Shown here one piece after another: positions 51,270 to 63,654 of a stretch of DNA of 64,000 nt. Positions within the stretch are counted from its first letter, which is position 1; each line of letters starts with the position of its first letter. A program made the position numbers and the translations under genes. This DNA comes from Ginglymostoma cirratum (Eukaryota): assembly GCA_024137785.1 (NCBI GenBank), contig JAHRHZ010000058.1, positions 942,812-1,006,811 on the forward strand, written 5' to 3'. The notes under the pieces were generated by a model. It was given only the letters and a program-made list of their open reading frames with translations. It did no database searches and was not told the DNA's origin.

Positions 51270-51900
51270 TCTCACGTGGGCATCTGTCTCTCGTTGTATG
51301 CACATTGCCCATATGTCCTTGAGTAGGCAACCAAGTGGTTAGTGGAAAGTTCTATCTCCCAATAGCCAGTCTCTGTTTTGGCATGTTGACTCAAGTATTG
51401 AACTGGGTACAGAATGAAAACATCACGACTGCTTGAGGGATACCAGATACTTACCCTCAGTAACAGCTGGTCAGGGCTCATTCAGAGAGCGAAACCCTTT
51501 GTGGTATATAACTGCATAACTTGTGGCATCCACAAAGAGACATATGAGCAGTCAATAGCCCACAGTATCATGAAGAAAAAAACACCTATTGGCCCAATTC
51601 TCTTTCTGGGAAGAGAGGGTATGATATTTTCCTCTGTCCTGACACGAGGACCATCAATCACCTTCTTTATACAACAATGGGTGGTGAACTACAAAGTGTT
51701 GGATATGTTAGTTCCTCTATCCTGGAAAGTTTCTAAGGAGCCCATGGTAGCGATCACCTTAAAATTATGTGTAATGCATTCCTTGCATTGTGGCTGTAGA
51801 TCTGGCAAAATTTTAACAAGCATTCCTCGTGCATCATGCACAGTTCCTCATTGAAACTGAGGCAAACGAATGGGGTCCCCTAAAGAAACTGTACAGATAG
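51270..51900 (-). mobile_element. Decayed Gypsy-type integrase core remnant
   Basis: Minus-strand segments resembling G.P....DRGTN, W...P.V...Y.T and SPDQLLL (ORF 51272..51481). Heavily disrupted. Confidence 0.45.
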
Positions 51901-52619
51901 GACATCCTACTGAGAGAACATCACCCCCTCCACTTCCTCCATATTCAAGGAACTTGTCCTACACTGGGTTGTCTCGACAGAGTCTCCCTCTCATGCTGCA
52001 GGTCAAGAGGACTGGAAACTCCCCATGACAATAAGTGAGAAGAACCATTATGGTAAGAACCAAGGCCTTTACCACATATCACACCCATGCCCTGTAAATT
52101 CCACCAATATCTGATCTCAGTACACACTATCAAACACTTCCGCTGACACAGCAGGAGCCCACAAAAAAACCTGAAAGTAAATGGTGAACATTTTGACTAA
52201 AGTGGGTGGGGAGAATGAAAGGGTTTGGGGTCTTACTGCCATAATATGTGTCCAGTCTGATAGGTTAGGAAAGAGCATTGGTCCAAGCAGCCAGGTCTAA
52301 AATAGCCCCATTGAAGTCAAATGACATGCTAACCATTGTGAAGCTCTGCTACACTGCATTGATATACACTCCTAACACCTACACTAACACCCTCACTGTG
52401 CTCACAACAGCATCTCTCGCACTGAAAAAACAGATGCTATAGAATTAAAATTTGTAACATCTGATCAATTAATGGATGAGATCAAATAATCTACCCATTC
52501 GGTTCCACATATATTCTCACAGGTTGTTCGTATCCACAAATTAAAAATCACCAAGTAATAGCCTTTGGAAACTTCATTTAATCCACATAAAGTGATGAGA
52601 TAAAAGCCCAAATACATTA

Positions 52620-52756
52620 TAAAAACCGAAAGAACTGCAGATGCTGTAAATCAGGAACAAAAACAGAAGTTGCTGGAAAAGCTCAGCAGGTCTGGCAGCA
52701 TCTGTGAAGAAAAAATCAGAGTTAACGTTTCAGGTCTGGTGATCCTTCCTCAGAAC
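52620..52756 (-). mobile_element. Short PLE-tail element with hammerhead-like core, just downstream of the FasL polyA site
   Basis: Minus strand CTGAGGA-AGGATCACCAGACCT-GAAAC-GTT (52753-52724). The body matches 27352-27446. Short direct repeat acatta on both sides. Confidence 0.75.
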
Positions 52757-52836
52757 ATTAGACAGGCAAATCCAGCCATTGCCAAACTCAGTGTAAGCAC
52801 GCTCTGGGAATGAAATCTTTAGCAAATTCTAATCAG

Positions 52837-52842
52837 TTTATT
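52837..52842 (-). terminator. Probable polyadenylation signal (AATAAA) of the FasL-like gene
   Basis: Plus-strand tttatt reads AATAAA on minus, about 235 nt after the stop. The intervening 3'UTR is AU-rich with ATTTA pentamers near 53005 and 52965. Confidence 0.5.
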
Positions 52843-53075
52843 ACGCATTAATACCATTATAGAACTGTGAATCTTCTTTGTCAGAATTATTCTCACTCTT
52901 TATCCCATACATTTCAATATATATTCAGACAGTTCCACTACAGGCTTGGTTATGGCATGATATTAAATTATACTTTCCCAAGTACTTCTCTAACATAGAG
53001 AATAAATTACAAGCCTACTTGGACGCATAGGTCTGAGAGCCAGACTAAAAGAAAACATGCATTTCAAAATGCAAA

Positions 53076-53479
53076 TTAAAGCTTATGTAATCCAAAATAT
53101 GTGTTAAACTGATCAAAGCTTACAAATTTAGGATCTGAGACATTGACGTATATGTGATCATTTTGTTTCAAGTTAAAAATTCCTGATTGAAAGCTAGTTC
53201 TTGTCCATTGTGCACGATTCTCAGGACAACTGTTGCCATCGCTGGTTACCATGAGATGAATATCTTTAGGATAGAGCTTAGTTCGTTTAAACACAGTATG
53301 TTCCAGAGAAATGTCCGATTTACACTCCTGCCCACGGAAGAACACTTTGGAGTAAATTAAGTAGTTTCCAGCTTCATTGATAACCAATGCTCCTGCATTG
53401 TAGCTTACTCCTTTGGTCAAGGCAAGACCCTTCTCAGCATCCCACACGAGTGTATTGGAATTCCTAATAACGTTCATTC
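53076..53479 (-). CDS. FASLG: FasL-like exon 4 (TNF homology domain)
   Basis: Acceptor ctgttttacAG|GAATGAAC at 53480/53479. ORF 53076..53477 carries the TNF-family W, LVINEAGNYLIYSKVFF, two Cys and the C-terminal YFGLHKL, then TAA. Confidence 0.93.
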
Positions 53480-55914
53480 CTGTAAAACAGTCATTGCAAA
53501 GAAGTCATTACAAATGAGTAGGCTTGCTGAATACATCACCCGTGGATTGTTGAACAAAATCTAACATATGTTACATAATTGTACTTGTGCACATTTGAGA
53601 AAAAGAATCCCAATGCAGGCTTATCACATCAGAATGTTTGTCATCTTCCTTCAGCATTGAAATTTTTTGTTTTGTGAACTTCTTTTTTGTCAATTTGAAC
53701 AGACCTCTAGATAGCTTTAATTTAACAATGCCCCAGGCACTCAACGCAAAAGACAAGTTCATTCTTTTGAAGTGTTGTATCTGTGACTGGGAAGGCCAAC
53801 GTGGCAGCCATTTTGTACCCTAAAAGTTCCACAAGCAATTGTTTCTTCTCAGTGTCATTGACCAATGGAGGGATACTGGCCCGACACTGGAAGAACACTC
53901 CGGACAAATAGGGCTCATAGCCATACCAGATGGAATCTCATGCCCTCCATCCTGGCAAGTTTGGTGGACACCAACATCTTCCCAACTTTTTTCCAATTAA
54001 GTCTGTGGTGGGAAAGGTCCATGGGCAGCTGATATTGACCCAGCAGCGGTCAGGAGTCTGGTCATGTTGCCAGCACAATAGGCAAATGCGGGCGTGCTTG
54101 ATTGTGGGTTTCTTGCGTTTGCTGGGAATCCCTCCTTGAAAGGCAAGCACCGCGCTCCCGTACCCGACCACGGTGGGTGTTGTTGATCTTGGGAGTAGAC
54201 CCACCACTAGCCTGTTCAGTACCTGAATGGCACAGGGGCCAAAAAGCAGGAGACACTGGGATCCCACTAATTATCCAGTCAGCTACCAAGACCAGCATCG
54301 GTCCCTCCAAAATTTTGTCCTCCCCTCCTATTTAGGATCAGTCTCCGGGCCATAAAGTTCCATAAATTGATACGTTCATGGTCAGAGGGTGTGTCTGCTA
54401 TCGAATTTAGCATGGGAAGTCTGAAGCCATTCTAATCAGCATGCACTTGCAGGTAAGGGAAAGGGAGCTTCGGTCTTGAAGTAACCTCCCATAATTTTTT
54501 TTTCATATAAAAGAGAAAGCACTCTACAGGTGTGGCTAGATAGTTGATGAAGGCCTCAAAGCCTACTTGGAGCATTGGACTTCCACTCTGCGACTGACAA
54601 GTTCCAACAGATGATTGATTTGAATAGGCCATTTACACACTTTAATTGACTATTCACTGCTTGCCAGGTAGTTCCTCCAGCACCAATTCCACCTCCAAGG
54701 AAATGGTCTGGGAACAAGATGGCGCTGGGAAACCGACATGCTGACTGGCATTGCAAATTTCTGGGCCTTCCTGAACCAGCAATCACACTTACTTGTGGGT
54801 GAAAATCCTGCCTATTGCTTACCCCTGTGTTATTTCTTTAACATGCATTCTTTCATTTGGACATCCTGTTTTTATTTACTGTCAATCTTCTTTTTCATTG
54901 CCCTAATGGCTCATTGCATTTCCCGTTTCTCCCCCACACCCACCTGCACCAACCGTGCCTTACACCCTCACGATAATCACTAACCTGTAACGTGTGCAAC
55001 AATCTCAGTGGATTTACTGATCTCTGGAGATCCTGGTGGAGAAATATAAGAATCAAACATCAGTAAACAGCTTGGTTCTAATCAGATCCTTTTTGCTTAG
55101 TCATTTAATCTGATTGAATCGCAAGATCGTAGCCTGATATAAAACCAAGAGCAGCCATGTGGCCCAATTCAATGGCTAATTTTAAAATGAACCTCACTCA
55201 AACATTTGCTGCAAAAAGGACTGAATTCAAAATTGTTGCTTTTCAGACGACATTCCACCCCGAAATGTTGCAAAGTTCACACGTTTAGAGTTTGGCTACC
55301 CCGTATCTTTACATTGTCTCTACTTAGTGTCACCCAATATAATTATTTTACATTATCTGTTGATTTCTGGTTCCTTAAGAATGCTGACTCGCTCTCAACA
55401 ACTTACTGTAAAGTCGACTGGAATCCTTCCATGTGTAATTTGATCTCAAGTATCTCATGGACATGGCATGTTCAACATCATCACACACAGAATGGAAAGA
55501 TTTTGTATTCAAATTAACCCTTTTCTATACTCACCGATAATCTTTTCTTGTTGACCTTCACTATCTTGATCCTGATCAAAAAATAGGAAATAAAACAATA
55601 TTTTGTTTTCAGAACAATCTGACCTCAAGTAATCGAAAATATTCAGTCAGGCTAATGAATGAAGAAGTGCGTACCTTTTTTAGTTTGTTGAGTTTCTGAT
55701 GCAGTTGAAACAAATAGAAGCTGCCAAATGCCATGCCTGCCAATATTAAGAGTGCTAGGATCAGAATCACAGCAGTACATGCTTTATGCCACTCAGTTGT
55801 CCTTTTCTTCATCGTTGGCACCATTACTGGAAGCGCAGAAACTGTCGAACAATAATCGGAGTTCAGATTACTGCCCACAGTGTAAACCTGGGGGTATCTG
55901 AAATCAGGCTCCAT
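53076..55914 (-). CDS. FASLG: Fas ligand-like TNF superfamily member (TNFSF6/FASLG), spliced CDS of 4 exons, 729 nt / 242 aa
   Basis: Joined exons give MEPDFRYPQVYTV...(TM: AVILILALLILAGMAFGSFYLF)...DQDSEGQQEKIIG-SPEISKSTEIVAHVTG-MNVIRNSNTLVWD...LVINEAGNYLIYSKVFFRGQEC...YPKD...FNLKQNDHIYVNVSD...TYFGLHKL*. This parallels FasL motifs (YPQIY, EKQIG, AHLTG, YSKVYFRGQSC, YPQD, HLYVNVS, TFFGLYKL). Lengths 240+37+48+404=729, intron phases 0/1/1, all GT-AG. TNFSF14 is the main alternative assignment. Confidence 0.88.
54985..55032 (-). CDS. FASLG: FasL-like exon 3 (48 nt, SPEISKSTEIVAHVT)
   Basis: Acceptor ttcttatatttctccaccAG|GATCTCC, donor ACAG|GTTAGT. Encodes TNF strand-A motif VAHVT-G, phase 1/1. 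Confidence 0.85.
55535..55571 (-). CDS. FASLG: FasL-like exon 2 (37 nt, DQDSEGQQEKII+G)
   Basis: Acceptor ttcctattttttgatcAG|GATCAAG, donor ATCG|GTGAGT. EKII-G aligns with the FasL exon-2 end EKQI-G. Confidence 0.82.
55675..55914 (-). CDS. FASLG: FasL-like exon 1 (cytoplasmic tail, type II transmembrane helix, start of stalk)
   Basis: ATG at 55914, 80 codons ending ...KLNKLKK, donor AAG|GTACGC at 55674. It lies within ORF 55609..55941, whose upstream TTG start is an artefact. Confidence 0.88.
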
Positions 55915-56067
55915 GATTAGTCCAAAAATACCAGTCTCCAAAGTGCTGTTGGTTGCCTGCGATAGCTGGGCTTTTCTCCTTTTTCAGTTCAGCATCAAAC
56001 AATTCACTGATGTTCTGTCCCCTGCACATGCAATTGCTGTCTCACTCTGAGTAGGAGTTTCCTCTGC

Positions 56068-56075
56068 TTATATAA
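56068..56075 (-). promoter_or_regulatory. TATA box of the FasL-like gene
   Basis: TTATATAA about 155 nt upstream of the ATG, implying a TSS near 56045. Confidence 0.6.
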
Positions 56076-58199
56076 GAAGGCCCAGTCAGTTATGCCCACA
56101 CATGGTCTTCTTCCTCCTGAAGCATGGAAAGCTGCCACAAAATGTTTCCAGTCAGCTTAGCGGTGAAAGTGTAAATATTCCACCTTGTCCTTTCTTATTT
56201 CAGTGCTTTACTTTTTGCTTTACAATCTAATTGAACATGCATTGGATATTGCAAAGGTATTGAGGGCAGTTTATACCTGACTCTGAACACTTTCACTTCA
56301 AATTGAAGAACATTAGCTTTGCTGTACTGGTTGCAAGATCACCCCTCCAAACTTGTTTCCGCTGCTTGGTGTTTCCTGTTACAAACAAAAATGTTTAATT
56401 ATGTAGGTGATTTGCAACATTTCCTCTCTCATGTATATAAAATGTACCGAGGACATGGTACATGACTCAACAGACACTGGGTAAGGGAAATAAAGTGTCC
56501 AGATTGATTCAAATGTGGATCCAACAATTCAAATTGAAAGACAAAAAAGATATAGATAAGTCCATCAAAACTAATAGTTGTTACTTTTTTTAAAAACATT
56601 ATGATAAAGTTAAGCATGCTACTTTTAAAGAGAGGGATTTTCCCCCTCATATTTCTTCATATCCTGACGGGGCAGATTGAAAAGGTAACTATGACTACTC
56701 AACAACTCCACGATCATGCAACTAAACAAGTTAGAATACACATGAGAATAATCTTGTCTTGTCATGTTGTAAGTCCTATGTTCCTCAGTAAAGGCAATTG
56801 CACTACAAAAGTCTCTCCCAATGTCTGGAACAAGTTCATTTCTAGATCCCAAAACATAAGAAAGGAAGCGCATTGTAAGGAAGGGTGAGAGTCCATCAAG
56901 CCAACAGCCTCCTAGGAAATTCTAAGGCACAGCTGCTCAATTCCACGACAACGCTTCCCAAATGCGACAACATTTCCTAATTGCGTTGCTTTTCAGTCCA
57001 TATGCAGACACCAGGCAGGTTGGAAGACATAAAGGAGGGAAAATTATTACATTTAAAATGATTCCGGCAGCAAGACACTTTCTCACAGAATAGGACAACA
57101 GATCCTTAACGTCTGTTTGGTCTTCCTTTCTCAGTATATGGAAATCATAACTGACTACTGACAGATTTTCGATGGTATCACTCACCAAAACCCTGAGAGA
57201 AGAGGGTGAGGATATTTATAAGAATGCTATTAGGGCCTAGATATCCGCAGGGATCGGAGAGGTTGGATTTGCAGAAGAGAGGAAGGCAAAAGGAGCTTCA
57301 GGAGGGTACAAGCTCATCCGGGAACTTCACAGAGTAATTAAGAAGAAACCGTTTCCTTTGGCTGAAGTAACAAGAGGACACAGACTTAAGGTAATTGGCA
57401 AAACAACAAGAGGTGGAATGAAGAGTATTTGTTCTGTGAGCCGGAATGAACTGTTGGAAAGGATAGCGGAAACACTTTTGACCATAACTTTCAAAAGAGG
57501 ATTGGATAAATGCTTGAGATGGAACTGCTGTTGACCAGCAAAGGCACCATGACCATCAACTAAATTGCTTGCCCCTGTGATTCAAGGTAATTCCAGGTCG
57601 TGCAGTTAGGGAGATAGTTATTCAGGTGACGACGAAACCACCCACATTAGTGTCAATTGCCTTGTTTCGCTTAACCTGTGCTAATATTATGTTTTCCTTC
57701 ATCAGAGACATGAGGTGAAACTACACATTGCAGACAAGACAGAACAAGTTTTTCTGAAGTTTACTTTAACAATGAAGTTACAATGTGAAACTTACAGTTG
57801 CTACAGTGATTTTCAGTTTCTGTACTCCCAGTACACTTAGAGTTGTTCTGACTCCAACTTTAAAGTATGATATTTGGAATTACTGGTGGAACTTACAACA
57901 TCCTTTGAGAATATTTGTCTAATGCTATCACCCCAACTGAATTCTGTAAACATTCCTGATCCAGATACTCCACTGTTAATTGATTTGGCCATTATTGGAT
58001 TGGTTATATTAGCAAACTTTCTATCTTTAGTATGCTAATCATGCACCTCCCACATCCCCACCCTACCCCCCTCCTCCCCAACATTCTCAACTTTCATAAT
58101 ATCTGTTTCAGAGTTGTTCCACTGCAAAGGTTCTTATCCTTCAGTGAAATGGTGAACAACCAAATTTAATGTTGATCTGGCTCTTTGCGTGCCTTCTCT

Positions 58200-58345
58200 G
58201 CAGCCATAACGTTGTATTCCTCACTCTCTATCCTTACCCTAATGCACTTTGTGTCGTATCGTCTGCCTGTAACTCACGCAAAACAAAATTTCTCATTGTA
58301 CCTAGGTACATGTGACAATAATAATTGAAATCAAATCAAACCAAA
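58200..58345 (+). mobile_element. Non-LTR retroelement 3' tail (Rex1/Babar-like) with (AAATC)n-like end
   Basis: tctgcctgt...gcaaaacaaa...cattgtacctaggtacatgtgacaataa + aaatcaaatcaaacc. A related antisense piece is at about 9740-9830. Confidence 0.45.
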
Positions 58346-59261
58346 TTCATTGGATACATATAACCCTAGGAACAGGACTGGTGTGTTCAAAACCTTCAGT
58401 CAGTTTCACAACTCAGTTACATTCTGACTGATTTGTACGTCAACTCCAGAACCTCCTTAACTCCCCAGCCCTTGGCACCCTTACCCAGCAAAAATATTTA
58501 CCTCAGTCTTGAAGTCTCAATTTGTCTCAGCAACAATTCCCTTTCAGGGGAATGAAATCCCGATTTCTACAGCACTGTGAGTGTAAAGGATGTTTCTTGA
58601 CTCCGCTCCCTAATAACCCAGATCTGGATTTCACATTATGCCCCGTCTTTCTCGATGTCTCCACCACAGAAAATAATTTGTCCACCTGATTGAAACTAGT
58701 TATTAAGTTATGCCTTGATTGTATCATGCCCCAGATTGATGAGGTTAACAGATATAGTCATGTGCTGAAGCTCAGGCATGGCTAGGAGGGTGAACATTTC
58801 CTGACAAGGCCTCTCCACCACTGTGTTCTGTTCAGGTGCTCCTTATAAACAGCCTCTTTGACCAATGTCTGGTTACCAAATGCAAAGTCCGATTCCGCAG
58901 CACCACGGAAGCTGAGTCTGAGGAAATCAGCGTCTTTCAAAATGGTAGCCTCAGCACCTCTGTCTGTGTCTAGTGTGCCCCTCACAGTGCCAGGTGCTTG
59001 GAAGGCTGCTAGTACAGGCATGCCACAGACATGTGCCAGAAGAAGAGTGGGCAATGGGAGACACCAGATAGTTCCATGGGCTGCAGAGGTTTGATGTACA
59101 TTTTGCAAAGTTGGACCATGCAGGTCACCCTTGACTGACCATGCATCTTAGCAGCTGGAAGGATGCAACTGTTGTAAGTGCAGCTAAACCAAGTCAGCAC
59201 TTCCTAATGGGGTAGGTTTTCTGTCAGCTCTTGCAGCTAACATGGTAGAGTTTATGGGCCT

Positions 59262-59772
59262 TCTGATGATGAGTCATACTGGACTTGAAACATTAACCCT
59301 GTTTCTCTCTCCACAGATGCTGCCAGATTGGCTGAGTTTCTCCAGCACTTTCTGTTTTTTTTTTCAGATTTCCAACTTTCCCAAAATTTTAATTTTATTA
59401 GAGTTTATTTCATGTTGGCGACTGATTACAGGCTACATGGACAGGGTAAATATTTATTGAAGAGATTTTGAGGAAGACATTGATGTTAGGTCTTACTCCT
59501 GTGTTTTGCCACCAAGTTCATCAATATATCCCATTTTTAACCCTTTCAGACCCTTATACAACACTCACTAGCACCTTACAAATGTTAATTAAAGAGAAGC
59601 TGGAAATCTGAAATAAAAACTGAAAGTGCTGGAGAAACTCAGCAGGCCGGGCAGTATCTGTGGAGAAAGAAACAGAGTTAATGTTTTGGGTCCATTATCA
59701 TGCTCCTTTCTGACTACAGAAAAAAAAAGTTATAATGGACTCGAAACCTTAATGCTATCCACAGATGCTCCC
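59262..59772. mobile_element. Two PLE-tail-derived elements (59262-59373 plus; 59599-59772 partial foldback)
   Basis: CTGATGA-TGAGTCATACTGGACTT-GAAAC-ATT then ccacagatgctgccag...ctgagtttctccagcacttt. Its reverse complement starts at 59599. Confidence 0.7.
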
Positions 59773-60464
59773 TTCAGTGTCTTTCTCCTTGTAGCCACTT
59801 GGACTTCAGGCAGTCAGCATGTCTCTGCCTCACCAGGAGTGGAGCTCCCCTTTGTACAAGCTGCCTTTAAGAGCTGGGGGTTTACTGCAGTTTGTGCTTG
59901 CTGTCTGCACTGCTGGGTTTCCTGCTGAGCATTCAGCTAACAGGCAGAGTCATACTCAACCGAGCACCACGATCACAGGACTGAGGAGCAGCACAAAGTC
60001 TGCCTCTTGACGGTCTCAGCGGGACTGGAGAGCAGATTAGTCGCATATCACACAATGGAAACAACCCTGTTTTTACCCCAATATCTTTTTATGTGGCCAA
60101 ATGTCAAATTTTGTAAATTACGCTTGGAAGGATGCTTGACTACATTAAAGGAACTAAATAAAGGCAAGTTGTTGTCAAATTTAAATCTGCAGGCTTTTTT
60201 TAATAGGATTGGTGAACAAATACATCTGTTCATCAGACACAGCAGTGCAGACAGATAGCAACTCAGAAACCATTCTGAATACGAGGCAAGGACGTATAAA
60301 AATAAAGATAAGAAAACACAGCCGGACATAGGTTGAAAATTAGGTTGGAAAAATAACGATATTGTTTAGAATTGTTGTGAGGGAGAAGAGTTAAAAAAAA
60401 CCTATAAGACACATAAAAGAACTTATAGGTAATGTACACTAAAACAGACCTGTAGCTTTAATGG

Positions 60465-60585
60465 AGAGAGATAACAGGTACTGCAGATGCTGGAGAATCC
60501 GAGATAACAAGGTGTGGAGCTGGATGAACACAGCAGGCCAAGCAGCATCATAGGAGGACAGCTTGACGTTTCGGGCCTAGACCCT
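60465..60585 (-). mobile_element. Short PLE 3'-end insertion
   Basis: Near-identical to 34758-34877, flanked by (t)aatgg on both sides. Confidence 0.8.
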
Positions 60586-60624
60586 AATGGTCAGGCACTA
60601 ATTTAGGAACTGTTTCTGTGCAAC

Positions 60625-60631
60625 TGTGAGT

Positions 60632-60665
<34 letters not shown>
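60625..60665. repeat. (TG)n microsatellite
   Basis: About 20 TG units, mostly perfect. Confidence 0.95.
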
Positions 60666-61639
60666 TCATAACAGCAGTGGTCAGGATGTCTCAGGGATGT
60701 GTAAGAGCATGCACAGGATCTCAGACGCGGCACACTAGGTCTTGCTGGAGGGGGGACCTCCTGTCCTCACAGGAGAGGGAAAATTCCTACTTGGCCCTCC
60801 TGACAACCCCATCTTCCTTCAAAAAATCTCTCCCTGTTGCCTTACCTGGCCTCATCTCCTCCCATTCCTCATCCTGACCCACAGGGACTCTGAGCATGAT
60901 GCTCATAACCCAGCACTCCCTTGCTCATGGAGACCCTACTGAGGTGTACAATAACAGGAGAGAGGGACAGCACCCTTCCTTCTTTCAGGTGAAACACCCG
61001 GGGACTTATTTCCAGAGTAGATGTTGATAGAAGCCTGGTGAATTCTTGGCAAACCGCTCCAGAAGGCCTCCTGATGCCACTTCAAATCTCCTTTAAAACA
61101 TCCGTAAGCAAGTGCGTATTTGCAAACAAGGAGGCCATTCAGCCCATCAAGGCTGCTCTGCCATTCAGTCAGATCGCAGCTGTTCCAAGCTGATGGAAGT
61201 GAACAGCAAAAGCTGGGTATTGTTTCTAACTAAGACTTGGAATCCTCAATAACAACTTCTTTTGTTCTAACTTGACAAGCGAGCACATCAGTTCCAATGT
61301 GAGCCATCAAAAACAGCATGAATCTTCTCCAATGAGCGCTAGCTGCCAATACAACTGTCCTTTTAAATTTCCCAGCATGGTTGTTCCCATTAAGAGTTCC
61401 ATTCTTCAAGCAGAATGGTGCCTTGGGATGAACTTGAATGAAGTCTGTGTTGCAGCCCAAAGTTAAGGTTGGAAAACTCGAGGGCTCTTTGTTGCCTAGA
61501 AAGCCCCCAGGAAAAATTACCCCCTTCAGGATTTAACACTTCACCCAATTGCCAGCCTACTGGTATTTGGGTTTAGGATTCAGCTCATCCCAACACACGC
61601 ATTCCACTACCCACCTAAGACTATTACATTTAGGGACCA

Positions 61640-61905
61640 GGAAAGGAGACTCCACAAACATCCCCATCCTCAATGATGAAAGAGACTGGAGATTTTACAA
61701 GCATATTCAGGCCATAAGTGCTGACGCCCTCATTATTGTGGATGCCAGTCATCAAGCTATTCCATTTCCTCCAGCTGACATTGAGGATACAGCTGAAAGC
61801 GTTGGATACAACAAGGTCTATGTACCCAGACAATGTCCTGGCTGTAGTACCGAAGACTTGTGCTCCAGACCCAACCATGCCCAGGTTAAGTTGTTCCTGT
61901 AGAAG
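61640..61905 (+). mobile_element. LINE family B fragment (pre-RT region)
   Basis: QLKALDTTRSMYPDNVLAVVPKTCAP, homologous to the minus strand of 41140-41290. Confidence 0.7.
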
Positions 61906-62604
61906 CATTTTGTTTTTAAATTAACCATTAATGCATGAGCCAAAGAAAACCTGGATGGGAGTGCCATGCACTCCAAGCTGGCTGAGGTGTTGCCAGGATT
62001 TACTTGCCGGAAGAGGGTGCCCTGCACTCAGATAAAATATCAGAGGTGGTTGCAAGAGGCCTTAAAGTGGCTCAGTTGGCCTTGGGTAGAAGGCCCATCT
62101 ACCACCTTCTTTCCTACTGACAGGAAGACAACAAAGACCACCCCACTGTCCTGCATTCATGGCCCACCACTGCCTCCCAGCTCATCTGCACAGGGCTTGT
62201 GACATCCAGTCCATCAAATCCTCATTATGGTACAGAGAGAGGCCACTGAGTCCATACGAGCTCTCTGAAGAGCAACTCGGTCAATCTCGCTCCCCATTAT
62301 ATCTCCATAGGCCATGGAAGTTTATTTCTCTCAAATGCTTATCCAATTACCTTTCGAAATCATCTCTACTTCCACCATCCTCGCAGGTTATGGGGTCCAG
62401 GTCAGTACCACTCACTGTGTTCCAAACTGATTCCTCTCATTCCACCCACATCTATAAACTTTCCACCTGTGTGCTCTCGCCCTTGTTCTGTCAGCTATAG
62501 GGAACCTTTATCTTTTTGAGTACCTTATCTGTAATTGATATAATCTTATACGCGTTTGTCAGATCTCCTCAGAATCTCCTTTGTTACGAAGAGAATAACC
62601 CCAC

Positions 62605-62925
62605 CATATGAGGTATGGATCAGGTACATAGCCAACAGCTTTTTCCCAAGGTAGGGGAGTTTAAAACTAGCGGGCATATTTTGAGGTGAGAGGGGAGAGA
62701 TACAAAAGGGTTCAGAGGGTGGTGAGTGTCTGGAATGGGCTTCCAGAGGTAGTGGTGGAAGGGAGCACAATTTCATTATTTAAACAAGCTTTATCAGATG
62801 CGTGGACGGGATAGGGATATGAACCAAATGCAGGCAAAACGGGCTAGATTAATCGTGAAACTGGGAGGCACGGATAATTTGGGCCAAAGGGCCTGTTTCC
62901 ATGCTGTAGATCTCTATGACACTAT
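62605..62925 (+). mobile_element. CR1 3' end, nested in an older antisense CR1 remnant (about 62230-63480)
   Basis: ctttttcccaaggtaggggag...ctggaatgggcttccagaggtagtggtgga...gggccaaagggcctgtttccatgctgtagatctctatgac. Confidence 0.8.
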
Positions 62926-63654
62926 GTAATTTGGCTAAATTCCTGAGTCCCTGGATCCATTCTGATAAATCTCCTCCATGCCCTCCCAAATATTCTCACC
63001 GCTTCTCTAAAGTGTCTACGACCAGCACTACACTCCGTATCGTGGCTCGACAATCTTTTTACTAATATCTCAGCGCAACATTGTGGATTTTGCACTTAAT
63101 ATTTCTATTTATGAAGTCAAAGTTTCAACAAGTCATCACCCTCTAAGATATATTCACATGGGCCCGCAAGATGTCCCTGCAACAGAAATCAGAATTGTGC
63201 CTTTAATTAGTTGTTGTTAACTCTCTCTGTCCCTTTTGCCTACATGCATCTCCCACACCTCTCTGCATTCAATTCCATTTAGCACTTCCTATACCCATTC
63301 TTCTAATTTATCTCTGTCCTGTTGCAAGTAAATGTTGTCATCCACGCCCCTTGCTACAACTTCAAGTTTGGTATATGCGAGTAAATTTTGTTTTGTTCCT
63401 CTGCATTCTAATCATGGAATCATATTACAGTACAAAAGGAGGCTATTAATATTCAAGTCAATTATATACATCAAGAAAGCTGTGTTGCTAATATTGATTC
63501 CTGGAGAACATCATTGTCTACATACCACAGTCTGAAAAATAACCATTTACCAAGAATCACGTTTTAATGCCGTTTTTTTTGATCGGCGTTAACCCTAACC
63601 CTAAAATAGAACAAGGTACTACAGATGCTGGGGATCTGAAACAAAAGAGAATTT

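Noticed and set aside
53722-53907. ORF with EKKQL considered as FasL exon 3
   Set aside because: Lacks the AH(L/V)T motif. The segment 54985-55032 fits in motif, phase and splice sites.
63590-63603. TAACCCTAACCCTA telomere-like repeat beside a PLE tail fragment
   Set aside because: Only about two units, compatible with chance.
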